Shown: in pieces, positions 35,615-47,722 of the stretch
Position numbering within the stretch: the first letter of the stretch is position 1
How the letters are laid out: every line of letters begins with the position of its first letter
Notes under the pieces: model-generated
What the model was told of the DNA's origin: nothing
The model's database searches: none
What the model saw: only the letters and a program-made list of their open reading frames with translations
Translations under genes and position numbers: made by a program
Assembly (NCBI GenBank): GCA_012295275.1
Contig: CM022675.1
Span: 16,058,001-16,122,000 of the forward strand
DNA: 64,000 nt
Origin: Chrysomallon squamiferum
Taxonomy: Eukaryota > Animalia > Mollusca
Direction of reading: 5' to 3'

Positions 35615-37198
35615 AAAATAAATAAAATACTAACTTGCTATTCTGTTGTGACTGGCTGTGATTCTTGTCAGGTGTCTTAACTGCACTGAAACATTTAAAA
35701 AGAAAAAATATATATCAGTAAAGAACAGTTCAAAGTATTATACTATATCTAACATTTACTGCATTCCTCTATTCATGTGTTTCAAGATGTACATATTTTA
35801 TAAATAATGAATAAATAGAAAAATAGGTAGATAAATAGACAGAGAAATATACAGATAGACTGAGTGACAGGCACATCGATTATATAGATGATGCATCCAC
35901 AGTAATAAATACTGATAATACTTTTAACTGTCTATAAAGACAATTCATAACGTATATATAATTTGGAGGCACACATGAAAATAGTTAAATCAAGTTCTTT
36001 AGACATTATGTAACTTGCATATATAATTGTTTTTAAGAATATATTACTGAAACATTTGACATTTTTCTTCGAGGTTGTAACAAAAGCTGCTTTTAGACAC
36101 AACATAAATATTTTAAGTTTTACAATGCTCAGTGCTTTTAGAATATAATTCAGAATCTATTATTATTTTGCAACCATTTGCTGATTTAGATTATTTCATA
36201 TCCAAGTTGGTTTTATGGACATTGTTTAGGAAAATCTGAAGATTGCAAACTAACCCCTGTATGACAGTGAGTTTTCAAAGAAAGTCAACTTTAATTTTAT
36301 GTTCAGTTAATGACACAGCTGTAATATAAATAAAGATTAGAGCAGTTTTACTGTAATGATACTTAATACATATTTTAACTTTGCTATATTCTGCAAGTAA
36401 CCTGTTTGAAAATATCATGAATATTTATCTTCTGTCTATGTGAGAAAACATTTTGAGATTAAAACAGAGAAAGTTAATGCAATCAGAATATAATTAATAT
36501 TATAATATTATAATACCAACATTTAGAAACACAACTTTTAGCAAAATAGCAAACAAGAAAGTTCAACATGCAAATAATGTAATTAACTGTAAAATGAATA
36601 AAATTTAATGCATTTTTTTTCTTTGATACAATAAAATGTATTCAACAAAAATACATATATAAATAAATGCATCTGTTCACCAATTTGGAAATCCAGATCC
36701 AAAATTTAGGTTTAAAATTAGGCACACAGGCAGGCACTGCATGAAATAAACCTCACATGAATAATAAACAAAATGATGAGAGAGAGATTCTATTTATTAC
36801 AAAACAGTTCAAATGTCATCGTAACACAGGTATATTACAGATTTGGTTAATCGTTGTTAAATAAGTTGTTATGTTGCTGTGTTATGACATCATTATGATA
36901 TAACAGTTAGCATCTTCATGAACATGGCCCTATCTTGTTTTAGCAGTCTCTTTTGTTTAAAAACTATAATAATAAAAATAATATAAATGTCAGGATATGG
37001 AGTTACTGAAATGAAATATTTAATAGATCTGAAAGTGAAAATTACATTCAGTAACTGAGAAGTTACAGTGATTTTTGGATGTAAAATCCATATATATTCA
37101 CCCCAACCTCCATTACAAAGAGCTGAACAAGGACCCTTTAGTGTGACAATTCAGCAGAAACAATTGGGAAATACTAGATACTGTCAGTTGTTGTTGTC

Positions 37199-37260
<62 letters not shown>

Positions 37261-37810
37261 ATTTCTTAACAGTACAATCATAACAGAAATTTTATGTTTT
37301 ATTGTTTAGAAAATTTAAGTTTCAAGATTTGTTTACCATTCCAACATAAAGGCTGAGAATTTGAATTAATCATAAACAATATAATTATATACAATATATA
37401 CAATAATCGTTAATACAGAGTGAGTTGCAGGAATCACTTAGTGATGTTTATAAATTATAAACATCACTAAATGAATCCTGCAACTCGGTCTGCATTAATC
37501 ACGATGATATAATTACTAAATCAGGATCAGTGAAAAAAATGAAAGCAGTCCATCTTAAATTGATACAGCATACTTATGCGCCTTTATTTATGAATCTCTT
37601 GTCACCATATAAGGGGCCGATTTATATACAGCCTACACTACTGCCAAAATTACTTCACCGGAATGTAAACTTCAAAATTTGTTAAACAAACTGAAACTTA
37701 CTTAAGCCTGGAACTTCTAAAAAGCTTGTTATTCCTCGATCAACAAGGTCAAGCTCTGGATTTTTGGAATCCCTGGATTCTTCGATGATTTTTTTAAGTT
37801 TAGCAGTCAT
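30853..37810 (-). CDS. RSU1: Ras suppressor protein 1 (leucine-rich repeat), 9 exons, 273 aa
   Basis: Exons 37702-37810, 35635-35685, 35266-35333, 34853-34905, 34314-34432, 33560-33642, 32355-32469, 31343-31475, 30853-30943 are all phase-consistent. Protein includes MTAKLKKIIEESRDSKNPELDLVDRGI, LPRGFGSFPVLEVLDLTYNNL, TLRALYLGDNDFE, LRELHIQGNRLTVLPPE, NNPWVMPIADQFQVGISHVFDYIRSDTYK and DKSKKISR. Confidence 0.96.
30936..31180. repeat. 31-bp minisatellite (~8 copies) copying the RSU1 last-exon acceptor
   Basis: Unit catacagactg(a/t)aatacacaaa(a/t)atgtcaac. On the minus strand it reads tgtatt(t/a)cag|TCTGTATG; the real acceptor is at 30944/30943. Confidence 0.92.
32068..32345. repeat. Degenerate repeat (ggaataactgtaatat units) next to the RSU1 exon-7 donor
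   Basis: Repeated g(g)aataactgtaata / ctaatctagg blocks. Confidence 0.6.
37410..37498. other. Near-perfect palindrome (44-bp arms, 1-nt centre, 5 mismatches) in RSU1 intron 1
   Basis: ttaatacagagtgagttgcaggaatcacttagtgatgtttataa-a-ttataaacatcactaaatgaatcctgcaactcggtctgcattaa. Confidence 0.9.
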
Positions 37811-38707
37811 TTTTATTTTTATGCAAAAATATAAAAACACTTAACTTACATTAAGTTATAACTTATCCTTTTAAGGTAAATTTGCAAACGAAGATGCCCA
37901 ACAACACCGGAAGTTCAAAGCTTTCGCTTTAGTACATAACTCATAAAACTATTAATAATTTCTTAAAACAAAGTTAGTTAGATGTTACACATAAACTATA
38001 TTCTTAAAAGTATAATGTTAAAGTCAATTATTTTAACTTTAAGATGCACCAGTAGAAAACATTAAACAATTATGAAGCTAGGTGTATGAATATGTTGAAT
38101 TGTATTTTAGAGTTGCGTCCCTTAGTTTACTATTGGAAAAAGAAAAAAGAGTAATGTTATCAGTAGTTATAGCGTTAAACGTTCTGTTTTTATTTACTTA
38201 TAAATGATCTTTAAGAACACATCTTGTATCAGTATTAAACGACATCTGAAAGATCTTTACGAGGTAGCTAGCCACTGAACTCATTAACTGATGTAATTAT
38301 AAATTAACATCTTCCAGACTTCAGCCTGCCATCATTTTTACATTGATTGACATTGAGTCTCTGATAGTGATAGTCATCTATATAGCTGATTTTTTTTTTT
38401 TTAGATCATTGATGATCATAATTAACTTAAGCAGTAAACATATTAAATAATTTATAGTGGCACTAAATATGGCGTACAGCGAAATTTAACCAAACTATAG
38501 AACTATACACGAAAATGTTGAGTTTGGAATTGAATAAATGTGTTTCTTCTATATATAAATAAATGTTGTTGTTGTTATTATGCACACATCAATCAAATAT
38601 ATATATACATAATCAAGCCAGAAACAGATATAATAATGTGTGTGCTTCTTCATTTGAAAATATATTTTTTTTTTTTTTTATCAGATTGTATTCCTGACTG
38701 AAAGACA
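37811..38707. promoter_or_regulatory. Putative bidirectional promoter region shared by RSU1 and CIAO1
   Basis: Start codons diverge ~900 bp apart. ETS/GABP motif CCGGAAGT at 37907-37914. An acceptor (poly-T...atcag at 38683) before the CIAO1 ATG implies a 5'UTR exon further upstream. Confidence 0.55.
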
Positions 38708-40861
38708 ATGTCATTACTAAAAGAAGTGTGTGTATTGGAGGGGCATGAGGACAGGGTTTGGAACTTGGCGTGGAATCCTACTGGTACCTTGTTGGCGTCA
38801 AGTGGGGGTGACAAAACTGTTAGGATTTGGGGAAAGGAGGATGAGACGTGGATTTGTAAAACTGTTCTATCAGACGGACATCAAAGAACTGTCAGGTTCA
38901 TAAAGATTTTGATAAACTTACCTTATATTTATTTCATAAAACAAAACAAAACATTTTAGCTTAATAATTGGTAATGAAAAATATGAAGAAAGACCAAGAA
39001 CATTTTAACTTTTTTCACACACATATTGAAGAAAAGAAAAATAAGCATTTAAAGCCTATTATATGAAGTCAAACAACAGGCAGTAAAAATTTGAAAGTCA
39101 AACTTGGTCCTCCAGAAAGCTATAGGCAGCTGTCCAATGTCTGTTACCAAGATATTTAATGAAAAATGCCTTTTGAAGTTTCTTTCATTACTGAAACTTT
39201 TTACAATAACATTTAATGATAAACTTGAGGAGATGTTTGATTTATATACTTTTTTTTATGTTTAATATATATTTGTATGTGCGTGTATATATATACACAT
39301 ATATATATATACTTTTCTTTAGATCGGTAGCTTGGTCACCCTGTGGAAATTATTTAGCCAGTGCAAGTTTTGATGCCACTACCTGTATCTGGAGTCGCAA
39401 GAGAGGTGAATTTGAATGTGTTGCAACTTTGGAAGGACATGAAAATGAGGTGAAATCAGTAGCTTGGTCAGTCAGTGGGAATTATGTGGCAACGTGCAGT
39501 CGAGACAAAAGTGTCTGGATTTGGGAAGGTTTGTGAATAAATCATAGAAAACCTTTCATTAAGACTAATTATAAATTAAGTAATATATCTTCAAAATTAA
39601 TGAAAGAATATTATGGCCCTTTTGCAAATTTATATTATTTTATGTTTTGTCTTTTTGTAAAATTTACTTATACTTGGGAAGCTTTTTCAAGAAAATACTT
39701 GTAGTATGTGTGTTAAGTATTATACTTGATGGCTTATGTTTTTTGTTCATCTGCTATAATTTCTTGACAGTTTAATATTATTTGATATATATGTTTTTTG
39801 AGTACATTTATTTATATTTAGCAAGTGTTTGGGTTTTTTTTAAATTGATTTTCTGAAAGTTTATTATTATTTTGTATGTGTGTTTCAACATAAACTTGAT
39901 AACGCTGTATATGAAGGGATTTAGTTTAAGAAGTAGGAAGATAATATTTTAGAAGTAGTAAGATTGTTTAAGAAGTAGTAAGAGATTGTTTAAGAAGTAG
40001 TAAGATAATATTTAAGTAGTAAGATAATGTTTAAGAAGTAGTAAGATAATATTTAAGTAGTAAGAGATTGTTTAAGAAGTAGTAAGAATGTTTAAGAAGT
40101 AGTAAGAGATTGTTTAAGAAGTAGTAAGAATGTTTAAGAAGTAGGAAGAGATTGTTTAAGAAGTAGTAAGATAATGTTTAAGAACTAGTAAGAATTGTTT
40201 AAGAAGTAGGTAAGAATGTTTAAGAAGTAGTAAGCATGTTTGTCTGTTTTCAGTGACTGAAGATGAAGACTACGAGTGTGCCAGTGTGCTCAGCTCACAC
40301 ACACAGGATGTAAAACACATCACCTGGCACCCAAATCAAGATGTCCTCGCCTCCTGTAGCTATGACGACACGATTAAACTCTTCAAAGAGGAGAGTGACG
40401 ACTGGACATGTTTCTGCACACTCCAGTCTCACCAGTCGACAGTGTGGGACATCTGCTTTGATAAGACTGGATCACGTCTGGCGTCCTGCAGTGATGACAA
40501 AACAGTGAAAATTTGGCAGGAGTACCTCCCTGGAAACGAAGAAGGAGTTCAAACTAAGGGAAACAATTCAGTGTGGAAATGTGTCTGTACACTGTCAGGC
40601 TATCATGACAGAACAATATACTCTGTTGACTGGTGTCATAAGTCTGGTTACTTAGCAACAGCAGCAGCTGACGATTCTATTAGAATTTTCAAAGAAGAAG
40701 GATTTAATAAAAATGAGCCGAGTTTTAGTTTGTCGTGCAGTGAGAGGAAGTCGCACACACAGGACGTGAACTGTGTTCTGTGGAACCCAGACAACTGTCA
40801 GCTGTTAGCTTCTTGCAGTGATGATGGAACTGTCAAAATCTGGCAGCATTTAGAAATGTGA
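38708..40861 (+). CDS. CIAO1: Cytosolic iron-sulfur assembly component 1 (WD40), 3 coding exons, 333 aa
   Basis: Exons 38708-38895, 39323-39528, 40254-40861. Motifs [78 protein letters not shown] at 40995-41000. Confidence 0.97.
39922..40234. repeat. ~19-23-bp minisatellite (gtttaagaagtagtaaga...) abutting the CIAO1 last-exon acceptor
   Basis: About 14 units, ending ~15 nt before the CAG acceptor at 40251-40253. Confidence 0.88.
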
Positions 40862-42464
40862 ACTTTTGTCTACATTTATCTTTCATTATTACTGAAAAAC
40901 AATTATCAAGACTGTTTTATCACTTTAGAATGCAATTTAGTATTTTACAAGATTTTGCTGGCTGGCATTTTCATAAGATTTACTATTTTTTAACAATAAA
41001 TGTTAAACACAGATGTTTTTTATGAATATTCAGTTTCAAAAGCATAAGTACAGAAAGATTAATGATATGATGTCAGAAACAAACTGAAGGCCTGTTCAAT
41101 TACAGATAGTTTAGGGGGGTTACAAATAAAATAAGTTTATTTATATTTTGTAAACAGAATATATCATGTTTAAAATTATTACGGTCTATCTGGCAACAAA
41201 ACGTAATAAAACAAGACTTTTATGTGATGCTCAGGTATTAACATTATTTTACACAGATAATAAAACTTTAAAAAAACTGAATCGTGGTAACACTGATACT
41301 GTTTGGATGTGACAGGACTGCACTGAGTGATGTAATGATAAACAGAAAGGGTCTAACTATTGCTTGAATGGTTTTTGTATTGCTTTATTTGTTTTAAATA
41401 TCTTTTGTTGTAATAATCAAAGTTGAAACAGAATGGCTGTATTGCTTAGAATCAGATGATGATCATGATGTTGAAATTTTGGTGTAATTGTTGTTAAAGG
41501 CATTCACATCTTGCCACATCACCTTTTTCCATTTTCTTCTTGTTGGATCTTTCATCAAGATTCTTGAGTTTTGGACTTTTTCACATTTTTGTCGACGAAC
41601 ACCAATTTTAGTGGATTTTTAAAAATAATTCTTTTTAAGGGGAAGGCCACTCTTGTGGTGATTGAAAAGGGGCCATTTTGCTTAAAGCTAGAAGTAGTAT
41701 TGATATCTGCTTCCCTTTGAGTTCCACTGTAATGGTGTCTGATGTTTTACAAAATATTTTTTATTCAATAAAACGTTTGCTGACAAGGTGTATGCTTAAA
41801 CTGCAGGATTATCTTTATTTTTTTATATTTGCACAAAAAAAAGCTGTGAAAATTTAGGCCAGTAATAATCATTGTTGACACTAATTCAAAACATAAAAAG
41901 GTATTTTATTAATAGTTCTCTCTTTTTTAATTGTTGACCAGCAAATCAGTTAAGAAATCAGTTTTGAAAATAAAATTCAATTGCCAAGTAGTCTAATGTA
42001 TTGTCGATTAATAACATAAACAACAAAACCCATCAAGTCAAATGTTTTAATTTAAACCATGTTCTGACAAATAAACATAAATCTCAACTCAAACTGAAAA
42101 TGCATGATTACATGTAAACAAAGACTGGACGGAACAAAGCTTCAGAAGCTAATTTTAAATTCGTCGATCAGACCTGTTTAAAATCTGTATTTTAAAACTT
42201 TGTCATTAGTTTATATTTTTACTGTCTTTCCCGGTTTTCTTAACCTTATGTTTAACCATGCACTAATTATAAACAAGAAAGTATTTGTATGTGATAAAAT
42301 AAATCGGGATCAGAGTAAGCTCAAGTTCGATAACTCTGCGGGCAGATAACTAACATTAAATTAGCTAGCGGGCGAGCGTCAGTTTGAAACATTTCTTTGC
42401 ACAGCTACAAAAGTTATTGTCTGATAAAATACAAAATACGTATCAGACCATTTGGTAATCAGAA

Positions 42465-42746
42465 CTGGGGCGGGTCCAGCTTTTCTGATGATGGGGTGTT
42501 CACGACAGAAAAAGGAACCATAACATGAAAAGGCACTATTGAAAATTTGCACGCGGTTCACATGGACCATAATATAATAGTGATACAACAGGCACGCTGA
42601 CAGACGTATTCTACAGTGTTCTGTATATTGAAAAGAAATTTAAAAGAAAACTAAATAAATCTGTAAAAATCCTAAATAAATGGGGCACTTCTCAAATTTG
42701 AGGAGGGGTCCAGACGCCTTGGAAAACTGTTCTGGATTCGCCCCAG
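42465..42746. mobile_element. Putative MITE with 15-bp GC-rich terminal inverted repeats
   Basis: ctggggcgggtccag (42465-42479) and ctggattcgccccag (42732-42746) match at 13/15 positions. No clear target-site duplication. Confidence 0.55.
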
Positions 42747-43459
42747 CAAAATGTTCAAACTTTCACCATCTCGGTTAACAGAACAGAGCGGTATTCTTCA
42801 GTTACGTAATGTTACGTAGCACGTAAATAGAAATGTATAACTTGAACAGGACAAAACCTGAAAGCAGCCATTAAAAAAAAAAAAAAAGCATAACATCTAT
42901 ATTATACTGACATTTAAAAAATAAATAAAATCGAAAAACAAAGAACATGTATAAGAAAGGTAAAATGAATTCGACACCAAATATATAATTATAATTACTT
43001 AAATAAAATAAAAAATGGGGGAGGTTAAAATAAAACGTTTAGTAAAAATTTCTGCATTCTGTTTAAAATAAGTGCATGCCAAATAGAATTATATATTTTA
43101 AAATTCAAACATTCTACGATAACAAAACTAAACTCGTAGCTCTTATAACAAACATGGTTCATTAAAAATACAAAGTACAAATTTAAATGTACACGTCATT
43201 TGTTGTTATGAAGATCCCAGTTCCCTCAACTGTGGTTTATAATTTGCATTCATCAGTTAAACAATTTATTTAAATGTATTCCATTAATAGTGGGCAAACA
43301 TTTATTACACAACTCTTAAACTGAATATTTTTGACACTTTCATTATTTGAATTTAGTTAATTACTATATTTTCATTTAATTCATTCATAAATACTATTAT
43401 TGTTGTTGTCATTTTTCTTCTTCTTCTTCTTCTTCTTCTTCTTCTTCTTGTTCTTCTTC

Positions 43460-43513
<54 letters not shown>

Positions 43514-43768
43514 CATTTATTTTACGACTGAAAATCTTATTATCAGCAGCCACCAGTCAGTATACATTAAACCACTGATAATTAAAGATTTAAATGTCGT
43601 TTTAAATCTTACACGCAGATCCCTTTTTTAAAAACATTTTTCTAACAAAACACATTTTATCTTTAACATTATATCCACCGCAGTTATGGCGCCGTGCTTA
43701 GTTGTTTTGTAACAGCCCCTATAAATGATATCAACATATTAAACTGGGCTGTGTAAGTATATAAAACT

Positions 43769-46700
43769 TTAGTCTGTTAGCAATCTTTTGTCGTCAGATT
43801 CTGTACGCATTTCTGGTTCAGGTGTTATGGAAGCGTTTTGTAAATCTTCCTGTAACGATTCCATTTGTAATCGTAAAGTTCTCAGATGTTCGTGAATTTC
43901 GTGCATTTGCTTTCTCGCATCTTGAAAAGTGCTTGTAGCTGCATCTGCCGATACTTCAATCTGGTGATAAGCTTCGTCTGCACTTTCCTCCCAGAAATCA
44001 TCACTGTCGTCTCTGTTGTGACCCGAGTTGTAAAACGTGCAGCTCATCAGAACACCACCTCCCACGTGTTCCGTGTAACTTTTACTGAACAACAGCGATC
44101 CGTCGCCTTCGTCGTCGGCGTACATGCTGTCAGTACTGATGTCGTCTCTCATTTCTGAAATGTCAAGATCTGATTCTGTTCTGTTTGTCAAAGCCGGCGA
44201 CATTCTGGATCGTCTGTGGACACTAAGAAAATCCGGCTGTGATTTCAGAGATTCTTTTCCCACAAAGTTTGGCGCGGTCTCAGCCTGGGGCGTCCTGTCT
44301 TCGAAATCGTCCAGAAGGTTCTTTACAGAATCCATTTCACCGAAGGTTTCGGAAATTTCTGGAATTTTGAAAACGGAATCGGCACTTGAAGAACTTTCAG
44401 ATTCTGGTGATTTTTGTAAAGGATATTTTATCTTTCCAAAATTTTCTTCTGTCGTGTCCGATTCCTCAGAGAGTTCCCAAGACGCTTTAGCCTCTTTTTC
44501 GTAAATCTGATCACTTTCTGGAATTGTCCGATGAAGAGATAATCCTTGAGGTCGAATGGCTTGGTTAGAGACATCAGTTTGCAAAATATTGCTTGACGGT
44601 TCACACTCTTTTGGATACATTTCACTCTCAGCTATCAAGTTTTCAATCGGTTTATCTGCTAATGTGGGTTGTTTTTCTTCTTTTTCTTTTGTAAGATTAT
44701 TTTTGCCGACAGAATCAAGACGGACATTTTCATCTTTCTTTCCTGGTTCCGCCGTTTTATTGTCTGCAGCTGCACCTACTTCATACGCCTCAATAACTTC
44801 AGTTATCTGTTGTGATTCACGTTTTGGATACAAATCATTCGAATCTGCGCTTGATTCAGTCTTTACATCCGAGTTTTCGGATCCTGTTATTTGAGTCAGC
44901 TCGTCTGGTATTTTGGGTCTTTTCACTACCAGCTTTGGACTTAGAGTTTCCAATAAGGCAGCTTCTTCCGCTTTACATTTATCAATTTTGGCTTGTAACT
45001 TTTTCGCTTTTGCCTTTGCCTTTGCTTTCGCTTTTGCATTCTTCGACTTTCTTTTTCTTTTGGGAGTGCCGCTTTTTTCATCATTTACACTAGCACATGC
45101 TGCGGTTTCGTCAGGTTTCTCTTCTAATAATTGTGTGGTTTCACCCGATCTGGGTACGTCATCTTTGGCAGATAAATGTGTTTTATTAGAATCTTCAATA
45201 TCTTTGTCAGTTTGATAATCTTTGTCATCATTTTTTTCTATGTTAATACAGCTGGTTTTGTTGTCGACAGATATTTTAGGATTGGGTGTTATTCCTTCTG
45301 ACTCTTCAGTATGTCCCTCGACATTCGAGTCTTCCATATTTGATTTTTCTTGTTTGACTGTTTCTTCCGAGTTCTTTTCAACGTCACTGTTTGATTCATT
45401 GCCCTGACTTTCAACCAAATAGGACAGTCGTTTTAAAACACTGTCACCGAACATTTGTATTTCTTTATTCTTCTGCACGTTGTACATGTCGTTTTCTTCT
45501 TCTGTGTTGACATCTTCATCCTCTTCTGCCAGCATATCCATCGCAGAAGGACTAGGTGGGGGAACTGCATTAGAAGAATTTTCTTCAGAACAGTTTTCAA
45601 CATTTTTATCTTGGACTCCCGTTTCTGTTTGCTTAGTAACAGAGGTATCGGGCTTAACAACTGAATTCACAGATGATTTTTCAGTCACATTTTGTTCAAA
45701 ACTTTGTAACATCCTGGTCTTTGTTTCTTTATTTCCTTCTAGAAACGAGGTCTCCAATTCTGACTGAATAATATTTGTTTCATTTGACAACTTATCACTC
45801 TGTACGTCTGTGACTCTGTGCTGATGTTCCAAAACGTTCTCACTGTGACAAGGTATGATAGTGTCTTCAGCGACTGAATCATGATGTTTGGATTCATCAG
45901 TTTTATGTTTTTTATTGTGATTAACTTCATCTTCCACAGTTGTGTCCTTATCTTTACTTTGCTTGTTTGAATTATGAGATGAGTTATGACTGGTATGATG
46001 ATACGAAGTTTCTGTTTGTGATGTTTTCTGAAAGACTTTATCTACAGTGTGTGAGTATGAATCGAACACAACCTCTGACTGGACGGTACAAGTTCTGTCA
46101 TGAAACGAGTGTGGCCGATGTTTTACTTTAGTCTCCTCTGAACACGTCCCTTCCCGAATGATGCCAGTTATTCGCTGTACTAGTTTCGACATCGGCTGCT
46201 CCTCACTTGAATGTGATTTGTCTTCTGTTCCAAAACTATCGGATGACATTGACGACATAATTGAATTGGCGAAGTCTGCTGGAGTCTGTCCATCACCAAG
46301 GAACCTGTGAGGCTCTTCAGGATTTGAACTCGCATATTCAAGTTTCTGGTCTAACTCATCTTTGATCAAACCATCTCCCTGCTTGTTATCATCTGTTGTG
46401 ATTGTTGATTCCTCACATTTAGAATTATTGATTGTTGTTGTTTTACTCAATTCCTCTGTTTTGTTACATTCGAATTCCTTTTTCAGAATTGACGCATCAT
46501 GAATGCCCGATACATCATTGGCCTTTGTTTTATAATCTTTTCTCTTTTTATCTGTTCCGTTCTTTTTTGATTTCGATGATTTGTTAGTCTCCAAACTCTC
46601 AGTTTTATTCTGATTAGGAGACTTGGACGAGGAACTCGTTGAGGTTTTGCATTTGTCTAGTACATTAGTGTTACTCGAAATCGTTACAGTTTTACTTTGT

Positions 46701-47722
46701 TCCTTGTTGCTATTTTGGTGTGATTCCGGGAACAAATAAGGTTTCACAGTTCCTCCTTTGTTATTCACACCAACCAGCGGGTCCACCGAGGATCCTTCCC
46801 ACTGCCTATAATAGGTTGGTCCGACTGTGACCTGTTTTGGTTTTTCTTTATAAACTTTCTTTTTAGATTCAAGTGAACTGAAATCAGCCTCGGACCCTCC
46901 AGTAAACTCTTTTTCAGAACACGCGTCTGCCATGTTGTACGAAAGATCAATGCAGCTTATAAACATTTCGTCAAGTTGTTCTTCGTCAATGGAAGTGTCA
47001 TCGTCCTTCAACCAAGAACAGAGAGCTTCCTCCAAGCTGTCGCGATCGTCGCTGGATAAGTTCAACTCTGAATGGTTTCCCTTTGACGTTTGTAGTTTAT
47101 CGCTTCTTGGTTTCAGTGGAGACGAGAATATCGCAGCTGCTATTGCTTTTGAGCTTCCATTCTCGTGCACCGCCTGACCCAAAGCTCTTTTCTTTTTCAC
47201 ATCACGACTTAAACCTGGACTGCTTGCTGGACTCAAAGATCCACTTTTGTTACGTAATCTGACTTCAGTCTGAAGGGAAGCTAAGCCGGGTGTGGTGTGT
47301 TCTGCAGTGAACTCCCGCGGTCTCTCCCCTGTCTGTTGTTGTCTGTTGGTAGCCGAGTCGTGTGCGCTTCTTTGAAATTTTGGTGTTTGCACTAAAGGCG
47401 TGCTATAACCTAGAGTACCACTCTGTGAGTCTTCGTCAGAGGACCATGCACCTCGTGTAACGTGATCACGTGGTCTTGTGGCGGGGTCAAATGTTATGTC
47501 AGCCAGAACATCGGGTTGTGTAAGTGATTTTGTGATTTTGCTGTCACTTGATGCAGCGCATGCGCCCTGAGCTAACTGTTCAGACGATTCAAAGATGGCT
47601 TGAGACTCTTGTTCGCTGGTTGTCACCGAATTTCTCTTTTCTGCTGCATTCTTCTCTTTTTGTTTCTTTGAATCCTTTTGCTTTTTCTTTTTATTTTTAT
47701 CTGAGCCATGTCTGTTTCCCAT
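43769..47722 (-). CDS. Uncharacterised ~1317-aa Ser/Glu/Lys-rich disordered protein, single coding exon
   Basis: A ~4-kb uninterrupted ORF in AT-rich DNA. The track's start at 47773 is TTG; the first ATG is at 47722 in AAAATGG context (MGNRHGSDKNKKKKQK). Acceptor at 47906/47905. C-terminal heptad segment MHEIHEHLRTLRLQMESLQEDL. No recognisable family. Confidence 0.85.
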   Translation of the reverse strand: MGNRHGSDKNKKKKQKDSKKQKEKNAAEKRNSVTTSEQESQAIFESSEQLAQGACAASSDSKITKSLTQPDVLADITFDPATRPRDHVTRGAWSSDEDSQSGTLGYSTPLVQTPKFQRSAHDSATNRQQQTGERPREFTAEHTTPGLASLQTEVRLRNKSGSLSPASSPGLSRDVKKKRALGQAVHENGSSKAIAAAIFSSPLKPRSDKLQTSKGNHSELNLSSDDRDSLEEALCSWLKDDDTSIDEEQLDEMFISCIDLSYNMADACSEKEFTGGSEADFSSLESKKKVYKEKPKQVTVGPTYYRQWEGSSVDPLVGVNNKGGTVKPYLFPESHQNSNKEQSKTVTISSNTNVLDKCKTSTSSSSKSPNQNKTESLETNKSSKSKKNGTDKKRKDYKTKANDVSGIHDASILKKEFECNKTEELSKTTTINNSKCEESTITTDDNKQGDGLIKDELDQKLEYASSNPEEPHRFLGDGQTPADFANSIMSSMSSDSFGTEDKSHSSEEQPMSKLVQRITGIIREGTCSEETKVKHRPHSFHDRTCTVQSEVVFDSYSHTVDKVFQKTSQTETSYHHTSHNSSHNSNKQSKDKDTTVEDEVNHNKKHKTDESKHHDSVAEDTIIPCHSENVLEHQHRVTDVQSDKLSNETNIIQSELETSFLEGNKETKTRMLQSFEQNVTEKSSVNSVVKPDTSVTKQTETGVQDKNVENCSEENSSNAVPPPSPSAMDMLAEEDEDVNTEEENDMYNVQKNKEIQMFGDSVLKRLSYLVESQGNESNSDVEKNSEETVKQEKSNMEDSNVEGHTEESEGITPNPKISVDNKTSCINIEKNDDKDYQTDKDIEDSNKTHLSAKDDVPRSGETTQLLEEKPDETAACASVNDEKSGTPKRKRKSKNAKAKAKAKAKAKKLQAKIDKCKAEEAALLETLSPKLVVKRPKIPDELTQITGSENSDVKTESSADSNDLYPKRESQQITEVIEAYEVGAAADNKTAEPGKKDENVRLDSVGKNNLTKEKEEKQPTLADKPIENLIAESEMYPKECEPSSNILQTDVSNQAIRPQGLSLHRTIPESDQIYEKEAKASWELSEESDTTEENFGKIKYPLQKSPESESSSSADSVFKIPEISETFGEMDSVKNLLDDFEDRTPQAETAPNFVGKESLKSQPDFLSVHRRSRMSPALTNRTESDLDISEMRDDISTDSMYADDEGDGSLLFSKSYTEHVGGGVLMSCTFYNSGHNRDDSDDFWEESADEAYHQIEVSADAATSTFQDARKQMHEIHEHLRTLRLQMESLQEDLQNASITPEPEMRTESDDKRLLTD

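Noticed and set aside
41455-41620. ~50-codon Lys/Arg-rich minus-strand frame downstream of CIAO1
   Set aside because: No clear splice sites, start context or recognisable homology.
43769-47722. Large intronless ORF as a transposon or viral gene
   Set aside because: No RT, integrase, DDE, helicase or capsid motifs, and no flanking LTRs or TIRs; composition is that of a disordered cellular protein.
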